Shown: positions 38,311 through 52,310, counted from the first letter of the stretch. The stretch: DNA of 64,000 nucleotides from Octopus sinensis (GCF_006345805.1 NC_043004.1:45508001-45572000); one strand, 5' to 3'. The notes: generated by a model not told the origin, from the letters alone. Program-made: numbers and translations.

Positions 38311-38699
38311 AACGTCGATGATGACGACAATGGCGTCGAAGAGGTAGAGGTAAACACAAGAGAAGCAAAAGCATGAAAAACACGATGTAAGCGATTTGAG
38401 AAGAGAATAAGAGAATAAGAGAATAAGAGAATACGAGAATACTAGAAGTGAATTGATCAATAATTGAGAGAGGTGTACTGTTTTGGTTGAATGAATGAAT
38501 GAAAAGAAATGAATAAAGCTGCTAGAAAATGGTCGTATGCAATAATTTTAGGTAAGATGTTGATAATACCGCATTTGCTAGGAGAACTTTTATAGTTTCT
38601 GATCACCTGCCCGCGAAAAAAGGTAAAAAAAAAAAAAAAAAAAAAAAAAACGAAGATGTATGGCCGTGTGTATATTTGTAGATGGGTGTATGCGTGCAT

Positions 38700-38846
38700 G
38701 GTGCATGTGTGTACGTATAACGGTGGCTCTGTATATGTTTTTGTATGTATGTGTATGTGTGTGTATATATAGGCATACATGTATTTATAGTACAATATAT
38801 GTGCATGTATATGTACTATGTGTATATATGTATATATATATGTATT

Positions 38847-38889
<43 letters not shown>

Positions 38890-39101
38890 ATATATATAAA
38901 AGCACACACACATACATACATACATACATACATGCATACATACATACATACATACACACACACATATATATACATATACGTATATATGAATATAATCTTG
39001 CACACACGCACACATATCTATATATATAATTATTTATATAAAAATGTGTATATGTATGGGTATATATTTATGCGCTTATAGGCGTGCGTGTGTATCTTTC
39101 A

Positions 39102-39158
<57 letters not shown>

Positions 39159-39162
39159 ACTA

Positions 39163-39233
<71 letters not shown>

Positions 39234-39294
39234 ATCTCTCTCTCTCTCTATCTATCTATCTATATATCTATCTATCTATCTATCTATCTAACTA

Positions 39295-39378
<84 letters not shown>

Positions 39379-39383
39379 ACTAT

Positions 39384-39452
<69 letters not shown>

Positions 39453-39456
39453 ACTA

Positions 39457-39491
<35 letters not shown>

Positions 39492-39494
39492 ATA

Positions 39495-39593
<99 letters not shown>

Positions 39594-40312
39594 GTGTGTG
39601 CGTGCGTGCGCGCTTGTGTATGTGAATGCGTATGTGTGTATGTGTATATGTATATATATGTAAAAAACATTGTATCTGCGACAAGGAAATATAAAGCTGC
39701 ACATGTACACATGCAACCATAACACACACATCCGTACACGTACTAATATACATACTTACGTACATATATAGATATATATATATATATACGCATGCAAATA
39801 TATACACTCACAAGCACACACATACACACATACAAACATACATGCACACATGCATACGTATATTATGTTTGTGGGCAAAAATTACGAAGGGAAATATAAA
39901 AGAAGCAGACTAATATAAAATATAGCGTATGGAAATAATTACACGAGATTTATTGCTGTAAGGTTAAAGATCGTGAAATTAGCATTCAGTCAAGTTACAT
40001 ACAAGCCTGGCCTAGCCATCATGGCGATTAAACGTGGCTTGGCGTTCGCAAAATCAAACAAGCAATATGTAAAACGATATTAAATGTTATCCGTGCGTTT
40101 CAGAAACAGGAACTGACGTCACGTATGTGTTGGTTACCCAAGATCGATTCAGCGTTAAGGCTAAATTGCTGCTAGGTGCGATAAACTGCCGAACGTGTGC
40201 AAATGCATGTGATGGCGGCGTGTGCACATGTGGCTGCATGTAAGTATATACGTATACACGCATACACATCAGTGTGTGTGTGTGTATGTAAGAATATATA
40301 TATATAATATAT

Positions 40313-40351
<39 letters not shown>

Positions 40352-40358
40352 TTATATG

Positions 40359-40393
<35 letters not shown>

Positions 40394-40439
40394 GATATAT
40401 ATATATAGATAGATATATATATAGATAGATAGATAAATA

Positions 40440-40504
<65 letters not shown>

Positions 40505-40730
40505 AGATACGCACATACATATACACATATATACACACTCACTTACGAACACGCACACATACATGTATATATGACCAGATAGATGCATATATATTTTTGT
40601 ATAAAAATATATATTCACATATTCATATACAAATGTATATCAGCTTCTATGTGATATACATTTTTGTGCGTATATATATATATATATATACATATGAATG
40701 TACGTATGTATGTTTGTATGTATATGTATG

Positions 40731-40761
<31 letters not shown>

Positions 40762-40799
40762 GTTTGTATGTATATATATGTATGTATATATATATATAC

Positions 40800-40873
<74 letters not shown>

Positions 40874-41372
40874 GCATACACACACAGATATATATATATA
40901 TGTATGTATATAGGTATATGTGTGTATATAAATGCATATATGTTATGTATATATATATACGCATGTGTAGATATACGTGTGCATGTGTATGCATGTGTAT
41001 ACCTGTAAGTACCACAGAGAGGAGATAAAAGAGATTAAGGGACAAATCATCAAACCTACAAGCGTATTAACTAGCTTGCTGAGTGGACGAACATATACAA
41101 AATATAAAAATATGCTAAGCATAATAACGGAAGAGAGGACAGAACAAAAAAGCGAACTGAATTGCGTATCAAAAAGGAAAAAGGAAGAGAAAAGAAAATA
41201 TCTAAAGCAAGCAAAATGGACAAAAACTGATGTATATTAAAGCATAGAAAAAAAACATACACGAACGACATTAAAACAAATATGAGCAATGAATATATGC
41301 GTTTGCTCAAACACTGATACACATGCGTACTCACACGTATAGGAAGGCTTAACGGATAAAACATCTCTTCCA

Positions 41373-41452
<80 letters not shown>

Positions 41453-41465
41453 GTATATATGCATG

Positions 41466-41498
<33 letters not shown>

Positions 41499-41764
41499 AT
41501 CTATGCATGTATGTATGTTTGTACGTATGTATGTATGTACACATACACTCATATGGGTAGACATATATACATATATATGCATGCATACATGTATGACGGT
41601 ATATATGCATATATATATATATATATTTATATATGTGTGTGTGTGTGTGTGTGTGTATATGTATATATGCATGTATGTACACATACACTCATATAGGTAG
41701 ATATATACATAAATATTGCATACATGTATGACGGCATATATGCATATATATATATATATGTATG

Positions 41765-41798
<34 letters not shown>

Positions 41799-42502
41799 TG
41801 TATGTATGTATGTATGTATGTATGTACACATACACTCATATAGGTAGACATATATATATATATGCATGCGTACATGTATGACGGTATATATATGCATACG
41901 CACGCTGGTTTAGTTTCCTGCAGAGAAGCAAACGTGCAGAAATATTCTAGTAATTACCGAGTAAAGGCTGTAAAGCGATCAGAAATAATCATTATATTAT
42001 TGGTAGCAGGATCAGGCTTATGCACGTCAAAGAACAAGGCAACCGTCTGTATGATGCGTATCGTACTCGTAATATAAATATATGCATTACTCATATATGT
42101 ATATGCATGCATAAATGTAAATATGCACATATATGCATATAGATATGAGTGATATGAATATTTATGTCTATATACGTACATGCATATATGTATACACATA
42201 CATACATATACACATATACACATATGTATAATATAGAATAATACAATACAATACAATATAATATAATATAATATAATATAATATAATATATAATATAATA
42301 TATTACAATATAATATAATATAATACTATATAATATTATTTTGTATTGTTGACGTTAATTTTTTGACGAGTAGCCTTCGACGGTTTCTATGCCCAGGGAT
42401 TTTTGACCCAATATTTAAACACTATTATTTATAACTTTATCTGCTTCCAGTTTTACCGTTCCAAAAAGAATTGTACATACATACATACATACATTCATAC
42501 AT

Positions 42503-42533
<31 letters not shown>

Positions 42534-42599
42534 TATATATAGAGAGAGATAGAGATAGGGAGGGAAGGAGAGAGATTGACAAATAGACAGACAGAAAGG

Positions 42600-42667
<68 letters not shown>

Positions 42668-42800
42668 TAGATAGATAGATAGATAGATCTGCAAATGTGT
42701 GTTTATATGTATGAGTATATCTGTTCGTGTAGATATAAATATCGTTACATATGCTAATATATGTATATATATACAAGAGTTGTAGCGAAAGTCACGTTGA
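38700..42800. repeat. Microsatellite-rich block: (TA)n, (TATC)n, (TATG)n, (AATAT)n
   Basis: Direct reading; short unique islands are interspersed. Confidence 0.95.
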
Positions 42801-43093
42801 AGTGAGCATTAAATTTTACGAACAGACACAGGTCGTTCATATTGTACTATTTTAGAAATAACGACTCCTATTTTATAGAAAACTATTCAACGTAGTATAT
42901 ACAACCTGCACTGCAACTGAGTCATCGTTTGACTCATGTCTCGAATTCATTTGAAAAAATGCAGCTCTACAACATTATGCCCATTTCTTCACAGTCACTC
43001 TAGCCTCATCGGTGTCACCAAATCGTTAACTCTGAGATTTTCTTTCAATCGACCAAATAACTGGAAGTCAAATGCCTTAGAATTGACCTACAC

Positions 43094-43290
43094 CAGTGGT
43101 TCCCAAACTATGAGTCGCGATCCACAGATGGGTCGCGAACGGATTCTTAGTGGGTCGCAAAAAGTTATAAAATTACGCATTAGCTTTGATTAACTGCTGT
43201 CTATCGAGGTAGTTCAAGACTTCAAGTGGGTCGTCATAAACTGGTGTGATAAATAGACGGTCGCGACTCTAAAAAGTTTGGGAACCACTG
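43094..43290. mobile_element. hAT (Charlie-type) MITE, 197 bp
   Basis: 16-bp TIR CAGTGGTTCCCAAACT..AGTTTGGGAACCACTG; perfect 8-bp TSD ACCTACAC. Confidence 0.95.
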
Positions 43291-43439
43291 ACCTACACGA
43301 TGGCTGGAAGATCACTGACCAGTCCCATTTATCGATTGTCAAATTTGTTGCCAAAGATGTTTATGCTTCCGCTTTGCCATGGTCATTATAGAGAGTTTTT
43401 AGATTCTTGCTTGTATCTTCTTCTTAAAGGCTTCATGCG

Positions 43440-43620
43440 TGTCTCTTGGATGTCTCAATGTACCGTTCGCTGTTTATGGTTTAGCCACGTCCTTGAAAAT
43501 CCAAGAGAACGATGTTCTTGTAATACCCAACAAACAGTTATCGTGGCTGATCTTAAACTTCTCGGGTTTTGGAGAAGAGGAGTGATGCCATTACATGGAC
43601 TGAGCCTCCATTTCTGAATC
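43440..43620 (+). mobile_element. Possible RTE-like LINE 3' remnant
   Basis: VRCLWFSHVL..ADLKLLG resembles the RLRWFGHV..DLK motifs. Confidence 0.35.
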
Positions 43621-43630
43621 ATTAACATGC

Positions 43631-44055
43631 ATATATCTATTTCTTTATTACCCACAAGGGGCTAAACATAGAGGGAACAAACAAGGACAGACATAGGTAT
43701 TAAGTCGATTACATCGACTCCAGTGCATAACTGGTAATTAATTTATTGACCCCGAAAGGATGAAATGCAAAGTCTACCTCGGCGGAATTTGAACTCACAA
43801 CGTAACGTCAGGTGAAATACCTATTTCTTTACTACCCACAAGGGGCTAAACACAGAGAGGACAAACAAGGACAGACAATCGGACTAAGTCGATTATATCG
43901 ACCCCAGTGCGTAACTGGTACTTAATTAAGCGACCCCGAAAGGATGAAAGGCAAAGTCGACCTCGGCGGAATTTGAACTCACAACGTAACGGCAGGCGAA
44001 ATACCGCTAAGCATTTCGTCCGACGTGCTAACGCTTCTGCCAGCTGGCCGCCTTC
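43631..44055 (-). mobile_element. SINE S1 dimer (tail B, tail B)
   Basis: Junction at ~43821. Confidence 0.9.
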
Positions 44056-44306
44056 AATTCTATTCGTGCCTTTATTGACTTCAGACGCTTCCAACAGATC
44101 AGAGGAAAAGTCTACCATCCTTTCATTTAAAATGGGTGTCAACTGCCGAGGGTCTACTTTGCACTCACTTTCTGATCCTCCAAGTCTTTCACTATCTTCT
44201 GTAATGAACGGTGATGAGTGGCGTATGGTAGTTGTTGCATTGGTTCTGCTGCCACACCCAATGCCACCAAATTTCGAGTAGAGGTACAGCAAAAGTTTTC
44301 CATTAA

Positions 44307-44527
44307 CCCTTTTGTTACCGTATTTATTTTGAGATGATCTGTGTTTCATTCAATTAATTTTAGATATAACAAAGAATTTAGTAAAAGAACTTAGTTAACA
44401 TTAAGCTAGTGTTGGGAACATAAATTGTGACTAAGGTTTGGTGGAAGATTTTAATTCAATACATATGAAAACAAGACATTTGTATCACAGAGCCAGAGGC
44501 GGTTTTGGCCAGGCTGGTATAAAAGGG
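44307..44527. mobile_element. piggyBac-type MITE, 221 bp
   Basis: TTAA|CCCTTTTGTTACC..GGTATAAAAGGG|TTAA: short imperfect TIRs with a TTAA TSD. Confidence 0.8.
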
Positions 44528-45569
44528 TTAAGATTTGTGATTAAATTTATGAGCAAGATTAATATTTTTAACAAGACATTTGTACTACAGAGCCAGAGGC
44601 GGTTCTGGCCAGGCTGGTATAAAAGGGTTAAGATTTGTGATTAAATTTATGAGCAAGATTAATATTTTTAACAAGACATTTGTACTACAGAGCCAGAGGC
44701 GGTTCTGGCTAAGCTGGTATAAAAGGGTTAAGATTTGTGATTAAATTTATGAGCAAGATTAATATTTTTAACAAGACATTTGTACTACAGAGCCAGAGGC
44801 GGTTCTGGCCAGGCTGGTATAAAAGGGTTAAGATTTGTGATTAAATTTATGAGCAAGATTAATATTTTTAACAAGACATTTGTACTACAGAGCCAGAGGC
44901 GGTTCTGGCCAGGCTGGTATAAAAGGGTTAAGATTTGTGATAAAATTTATGAGCAAGATTAATATTTTTAACAAGACATTTGTACTACAGAGCCAGAGGC
45001 GGTTCTGGCCAGGCTGGTATAAAAGGGTTAAGATTTGTGATTAAATTTATGAGCAAGATTAATATTTTTAACAAGACATTTGTACTACAGAGCCAGAGGC
45101 GGTTCTGGCCAGGCTGGTATAAAAGGGTTAAGATTTGTGATTAAATTTATGGGCAAGATTAATATTTTTAACAAGACATTTGTACTACAGAGCCAGAGGC
45201 GGTTCTGGCCAGGCTGGTATAAAAGAGTTAAGATTTGTGATTAAATTTATGAGCAAGATTAATATTTTTAACAAGACATTTGTACTACAGAGCCAGAGGC
45301 GGTTCTGGCCAGGCTGGTATAAAAGGGTTAAGATTTGTGATTAAATTATGAGCAAGATTAATATTTTTAACAAGACATTTGTACTACAGAGCCAGAGGCG
45401 GTTCTGGCCAGGCTGGTATAAAAGGGTTAAGATTTGTGATTAAATTTATGAGCAAGATTAATATTTTTAACAAGACATTTGTACTACAGAGCCAGAGGCG
45501 GTTCTGGCCAGGCTGGTATAAAAGGGTTAAGATTTGTGATTAAATTTATGAGCAAGATTAATATTTTTA
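44471..45569. repeat. Minisatellite, 11 copies of a 100-bp unit
   Basis: ACAAGACATT recurs at 44471, 44571 ... 45271, 45370, 45470; copies are nearly identical. Confidence 0.97.
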
Positions 45570-46045
45570 ATGAACTTGTCATTTCGATGGGTGTGCAGCG
45601 CTCGCCTAGCACATCCAGAATATACGCCGCTGATTGTGATCACAGTCCATCTGTATAGCAAAATTAAGGTTTGTGGCTCATACGAGTCATTGCCTCCCGT
45701 CGTTTGAAAGTCGCGTTATTAGTTGCTCTTGGTGGTCTCCAGCCGGGTGGCTCGTATTCAAATGCATGTCAGTTCTAACTACTTATTTTTCCAGTCTCTT
45801 ATTCAGATAAAATGGTTTCATAATCCAATTTAATTTTCCGGTTTAAGGAGATTTTGCTTCTTTCTAGCAGCTGGGGCGACAATGTTCACGCTCACTTCAT
45901 TGAAAAATAAGAGTTATATTGCTGTTGAATGTTGTAGATTTATCAGCATATTTTAAGGATATGTGTGCAACGTAATGGTATGGACTCTATAAATGTGGTG
46001 TGTGTATGTGAGTCCGCCAGTGTGTGTTTGTGCATGCGTGTGTTA

Positions 46046-46081
<36 letters not shown>

Positions 46082-47439
46082 CATTGGATCCGGCTGCAGT
46101 GTTGAAGCCGTCAAGCACTCTGGCATCCGACCTGGTAGAATTAACAACTAAAAATTTCTCTTAAAGTGTTTTTAAGAAGAGAAGGACAATCTTAGAAATT
46201 CATAGCGTTCATTTGAGATGATTTCCAAGCTGTCAATTTTGTTAAATTTGATGAATGTGGGTCAGGATTTTAAATTTAAAATTTTTTCCCTTAAAATATT
46301 CAATTTTGCTGATCTGAAACCAATTGGAAATTTCGCTTTTCAAAATCGCGAACTTGTCAGAATTCGTAATTTTGATAAACGGGTAGCAAACGGAATCATT
46401 ATTTTAGTAACAGTGGATCTCTTAAAATTGTCAATATTGATGATCCTAGATCTGACAGAATCATCAATTTTCATGATATTGTATCTGTCAGGAATTTTAA
46501 TTTTCTTGGCTCAGAAGTTTACTGAAATGTAGAGATTGCTTTTTGAGAGAAAGGAAGGGATAACAGATAAACAGAGAGAAAAAATCTAAGCAGACAAACA
46601 GAGACATACGGAAATATAGAAACATATACATACAACTTTAATCTAATACACACGCACACACACATACAGACACAAACATAAAATAAATAAAATTAGAAAT
46701 AAAAACTAAAAATGATAACTACATGCGAAATAGAATATGAGATCTACCAGGAGTTAACAATTGAATAATTTTAAATCCGGCATTGGTGATTTTATCAGTT
46801 AACGCATTATTCACATGATCCTTTGCGACCTAGCGCGAAGCGTGTGACGACGCGCCGTGCTTACGAACATTTCATTCTGATGACGAGACCTTGAAGGTCT
46901 TGCCATATTAGTGTTAATTAAGAACATTATTGTTCCACATTAAACAAACGACTGCTGGGAAAATAGGGAAAATCCTTAACCAAAAAGATTAATCTTAAGC
47001 ATAGTCGTGCTTTTAATACAACAGACTCTCGCTCATATACACAAATAAATACTTTTTCCTCTTTTGTCTTCAGTTTAATTAAAATAATGATACATTTTGC
47101 CAAAAAGCTGAAATAGAATCGAAAATATACATGCTGAAATGAAAGCATTTTCATATTGTTCCATAAGATTCTTCCGTTGACAGTTTTCATATTTATAGAG
47201 TTTACCATAATAATTACAATTTTTTATTTCAATAAATAATCGAAATAGTTAAACATTTTATTTGAAAATATTTACTATAATGATTTTAGGAAAGAGTATT
47301 ACATTTCAATAATACTAATTTAGTTTTTTTTATGGCTCGTTAAATACAGAATTGTGCATCTGTAATAAATTCATTTGTATCTTCTGTTAACTTGAATTTT
47401 CTAAAAGAATCTGTGATGTATGGTTAATGTATAACGAGT

Positions 47440-47860
47440 ATTCTGCATAAGCCTACAATACTTTTTTCTAAAATTCTTCCATCATGCGAAATTCGCCCAG
47501 AATTTGTGCCCTACGTATGACTTTGTATTTACCGATTCTTTGACCTCAACTGACATTCCTCCAATTTTTGTTTTGGAATCAGTCAGCCAGAAGATAAGGC
47601 AGAATGCTTGTGACCGTTGCAGGGCCAACGTGATGTTGATGAAGAAAGGGAGATCAGACAGATACCACGGCTTATGGCCTGCAGTTGTAGATGTCGGGCT
47701 ATATTTCCTCAGACTGGAAATGTGATCCTTTTCCTTGTAACAGAGAAGGCACTGCTTAAGATCTACAAATGTTATATGTGATGGTAGTATTATGCCAAGG
47801 GAGCGATTCCATATATTATCTAAGAGCATGTACAAGAATCACTCAGTCTCCATTTATTTG
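47440..47860 (-). mobile_element. Possible decayed, internally deleted RTE-like RT fragment
   Basis: HITFVDLKQ resembles the RT FVDLxKAFD motif; downstream motifs are only loosely alignable. Confidence 0.35.
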
Positions 47861-47991
47861 CACGCTCTCTGTCAATTGCACCCTTATGGTTTAGACCGAT
47901 GTGAGTTCAGGGTAGGCGACAGAGGTAACATATGCTCTGAATTCTAGCCGAGAACCATATGGATGCCAAACAAACGGTTGAAACACATGAC

Positions 47992-48382
47992 TACTCTCTC
48001 TTTTCTCCTTTACTTGTTTCAGTCATTTGACTGCGGCCACGCTGGAGCACCGCCTTGAATCGAGCAACTCGACCTTGGGACTTATTCTTTGTAAGCCCAG
48101 TACTTATTCTATCGGTCTCTTTTGCCGAACCGCTAAGTGACGGGGACATAAACACACCAATGCTAGGGGGACAAACACAGACAAACAAACATACACGCAC
48201 ACACACACATACATATACTTGACAGGCTTCTTTCAGTTTCCGTCTACCAAATCCACTCACAAGGCTTTGGTCGGCCCGAGGCTATAGTAGAAGACACTTG
48301 CCCTAGGTGCCACGCAGTGGGACTGAACCCGGAACGATGTGGTTGGTAAACAAGCTACTTACCACACAGCCACTCCTGCGCC
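47992..48382 (-). mobile_element. SINE S2
   Basis: Near-complete match to the 25330 copy. Confidence 0.9.
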
Positions 48383-49013
48383 TATATCTACGATTATGAA
48401 TAATCCTTGTAAAAAAATTTAATTTCTCCAAACTGTTTAGTCTAACATTTATTTTATGGCACTTAAACAGAAAGAATAGTTACAGAGATGACCATAGACA
48501 GCTCTTCCAATAATAAGCACACATTATTTCTAAATATTGCTGCTATGGTTACAGCAAAGGAGGTGAACTATCTGCAACTAGATCAATGATGTTAATGAAT
48601 TTATATTAAACTTTAACGACAGTAATGATATTGTTATGTAGATATGTTTATAAACATACATAATACACTACCAGCTATTGATTTAACATTAAAAACGAAA
48701 CAAAAGATAATTAAAAATTGCAGTAATTTCCGTTAACATTTTTATATTTGTTCGCTGACTTATCCAAAGAATAGGCAACAGATAAGCAACCTTAGCTACT
48801 GTTTGTTATTATCGGTTTGTGAGGAAAATAATTAAAAAGTAATTTTCTAACCAACAAGAAGTAAGCCGCAATAGATTGAATTACTTTTCTAATATGCATA
48901 TTTTTCACTCGGTATCATTTTCCTGAGCTCACGTCGTAAAAACACCGATGTGTTGTAAAAATACGTTGCATTGTTTGTTTGTTCTAGTTCTTTACATTTA
49001 CAGTCCGAATCCC

Positions 49014-49445
49014 AGATCTTTTCGGTTTGAACGGCAGTTTTTAACATAATTTCTAGGTAACTAAAATATTTTAAACTTCGTATACTGGTAGAATGTGTTT
49101 ATAAAACATCTTTTTCTCTTGGCTTTATTGAGAAAATTCTATAGTTTGTAAGATGTTGTTGTTTTTTTCTTCAATTTCTGCAATTTCAACCAATCAGTGA
49201 CGTCTATTGAGGTAAAAAACATTCTGTGCCGTATGAATATGTCCTCGTTTAAGAAACAGATTGGGTTTATTTACATTTGTGAAGAAAAAAAGAGACCCTT
49301 CTCCTCACCCCTAACCCTAATCCTAACTAACCCTAACCCTAAAACAGATTGAAATGCAATAGATCGATACTAGGGTCATAATTATGGGTGACAATTTTAT
49401 ATGAAACCGCTAGAAAAAAAACTGACGTTCAAACGGAAAAGATCC
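49014..49445 (+). mobile_element. MITE M1
   Basis: Same TIRs; TSD CGAATCCC/CAAATCCC (7 of 8). Confidence 0.95.
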
Positions 49446-49734
49446 CAAATCCCTTCCATCGTGATCAACTTTAACTTTTTTATTTTTCCTTTTGGGGGTC
49501 AGTGAAATAAAGTACCAGTCAAATACTGGACAATGGCATCGACAAAAAATCAAAATGTGGGTACGTAGTTATGCAATGTAATAACCTTGTGACTCATTTA
49601 CAAACAATTATTGTGCCGCCGTCTACAACTCCTGCAATTCAAACATAAGACAATTGAGCAAACGTGTATTATTGATTTACGACAAATGAATACTTTTCCA
49701 ACTCGTTAATGAGTTACGAATATAAGCAGAACAT

Positions 49735-49927
49735 TTAAGGGGGTGTTTTTGAGTAAAAGAAAATAAGGGAGGATCAGTTGATTATAATCTTATTTAATAT
49801 ATTCCCTTCTCAGACTCATACACTTATTGCAGTGGTCCTCCAGTTTTTCTAAGCCCTGTAAAAGAACTCGGAAGTTTGGGCTTCCAGCCGGACCTTTAGC
49901 GACATCCTTAAAACCAGGAACTTTCAG

Positions 49928-49931
<4 letters not shown>
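49735..49931 (-). mobile_element. mariner-derived internally deleted element
   Basis: GTGCTGAAAGTTCCTGG terminus and LQGLEKLEDHCNKCMSLRREYIK*, resembling the mariner C-terminal GIxKLxxRWxKC motif. Confidence 0.5.
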
Positions 49932-49962
<31 letters not shown>

Positions 49963-51499
49963 CATACACACACACAGACACACGCACACACAGACACACA
50001 CTTATATATATGGAATACTTTCAGTTCGGATGCCTCTCATCTTGGATTTTCTGGATCTGACACTGGAGTAAGCAACAACAATAAATACAACATAAGATAT
50101 CTCATAGTACGCATTTGTTCTCAGTCAAAGAATAAAAAGGGAAATAGCAGATGGGGCCCCCTAAATTGAAAACACTAACATGCGGATGAAATCTTTAAGT
50201 AATTTTTCTCGCTCGTCACGGTAAGTTGTCACGCCAACTCAGACATTTTTTGTAGATCTGTATAGTGGTCATTTATCACCATGCTGAGAAGCACTAGAAA
50301 AAGCTTCGCTGAAGAGGACTGATAAACCTCAAACACGTCCACAGTTCCCTCGTGTTTGCTAACTATCAATTTAAATTAATATTACCCATCGAATATAATC
50401 AAAGAAAGTATTGATAAATTGAAAAGACAAATCACGATGAATTTCTAAACTATACTGGAGGGCAAAAAACCCCAAAAACTCCATGGTCAATATCCGGCAA
50501 GGCTGGAATGTGAAAGTAGCTTAGAATGAAACATAAGGGCTTAAAAGTCCTAGACTAGAAACAGAAATTAAATGCTTGATAAACGTTGCTGAAGACCAAT
50601 GGGTAGCTATTGCAAAAAAAAAATACTATATTAAAAGATAATAATATCTAGAGCAGGATATGCAGCCAGTACAGATGAGATGGCTTACTACATCTGCGAC
50701 TATCTTGTTCTTGCATGTCTGAATATTACCGCAGACACGATCGCGTAGAGATCTATGTACCAACTTTTCTATGTGAAGGTAAACAATATTTGGCATAAAT
50801 ATTTATATTAAACAAGGTATGCAAAAACGACCGAGTCACGGGAATTGCCAATCGAAGATAATACTCAAGAACCGGAGCAAAAAGCCATGCACGTTGGTAG
50901 AGATTGCAATCTTTTTCGATGAAGATAATGCATGAAAGGACGTTAAGAAAATGTTAAAATACTAAGATCTTGAAATTTGAATCAGCACGATGTAAGCAAT
51001 GAAGGTTAAAATACTAGCGATTATCACCATCGTTCAATGTAATAACATAGTTCAGAAGATACAGTCTCTGCACACGACACATACACTGCAAGAATAACCA
51101 CCCAATAACATAACTCAAACCTCACAATACATATTATACACGGTTATCACTTAACAAATATGACAGAAACTACATTCCACTCCAACATAAACAATACCTA
51201 AAATTATAAGTTTGGAACATTTGCCCCTCATGGACAATAACCTCCCAAGGACGATTACCCCTGAGGACAACAGATGATTTAAAACTTCTTAATATATTGG
51301 AAAGAGGGTAATTAACTATGGAGAGTAATTGTCCGAGAGGGTAGTTGTCGTTGGGGGAAATTGTCCTATGAGGTTGTGGTGGAATTGTCCTGATACGAAA
51401 ATTATATCGCTAACAACTCATATAGTTTTTATTCTACGCAGCGGCAAGCTATTAATGCTAGACAAACTACATGCCACATACTACACGCAATAATCCTTT

Positions 51500-51622
51500 C
51501 TGAAAAAAGTTTTGGGGAGGTGGGGGATAGTCGATTACATCGACCCCAGTACTTGACTGGTACTTAATTTATCGAGCCCCCGAAAGGATGCAAGGCAATG
51601 TCGACCTCGGTGGAATTTGAAA
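51500..51622 (-). mobile_element. SINE S1 tail-A fragment
   Basis: Body and tail-A match. Confidence 0.75.
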
Positions 51623-51837
51623 TAATATACACAATAATGATCAGACACTGAAACACATAGCGCTAAACACTCACACAACGCATACAAAACATTTATTAAC
51701 CAAGCAAATAATAACACGACAGGCATCTCACATACTTTAATCAACAGAGGAGACAGAAAACTATCATGAGAAGTAAAGCAAATAATAATCGCTCGTGAGT
51801 GATGAATAATTTAGTTAAGTAAAACTGATATAGATAG

Positions 51838-52310
51838 ATTTCTTTATTTCGCCACGCAGGGCTAAACACAGAAGGGACAAAATACAAAGTAGAGCTTTTC
51901 TTTTTGGGAAGAAGAGAAAGGGAGAAAAAACGGGGGTGAATTCCGATCAAAAGGGATCGTGGGGACAAGGAAATAAAACAAAATGGGGCCGATCAATAGG
52001 GATCGTGTATCACAGTAATGTCAATGTAAAAAGTGAGAACAGATAAGGTTTGCCGTGGATAGAAAAGCCTACGGAAAAGACCACGGAAACCTTGGGCAAT
52101 AGTGTCATGCAAAAAGAAAATACATTACAGTAAGTGGTTCTCTTTTTTCCTTTCGTTTTTCTTTTTTTTTTCTTTTGATTCATAGGACTATGCTCAAACT
52201 GGCCCCGTCATTCACACGTGCCATCCTTGCTACATTCACCCATCATTTTTCGAAGCATTCACTAGACAAAACTTCCCTCACTGCACTCACCTTCCTCAGA
52301 CTTGCGCACG
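51838..52310 (-). mobile_element. L1/Tx1-like LINE 3' remnant with an S1-like tail
   Basis: SLRKVSAVREVLSSECFEK*WVNVARMARVNDGASLSIVL* (stop 52180-52182); 3' UTR ends TTGTCCCTTCTGTGTTTAGCCCTGCGTGGCGAAATAAAGAAAT. Confidence 0.75.

Noticed and set aside
40114-40121. Perfect CRE palindrome TGACGTCA
   Set aside because: About one 8-mer hit is expected by chance in 64 kb; no promoter context.
38457-42776. Numerous YI/LSIY-rich ORFs
   Set aside because: Translations of (TA)n and (TATC)n.
44471-45569. CRISPR-like regular array
   Set aside because: Units are fully identical with no unique spacers, the context is eukaryotic, and there are no cas genes.
46218-46532. 104-aa ORF
   Set aside because: AT-rich, degenerate internal repeats (AAAATTGA..TCTGACAG); not protein-like.
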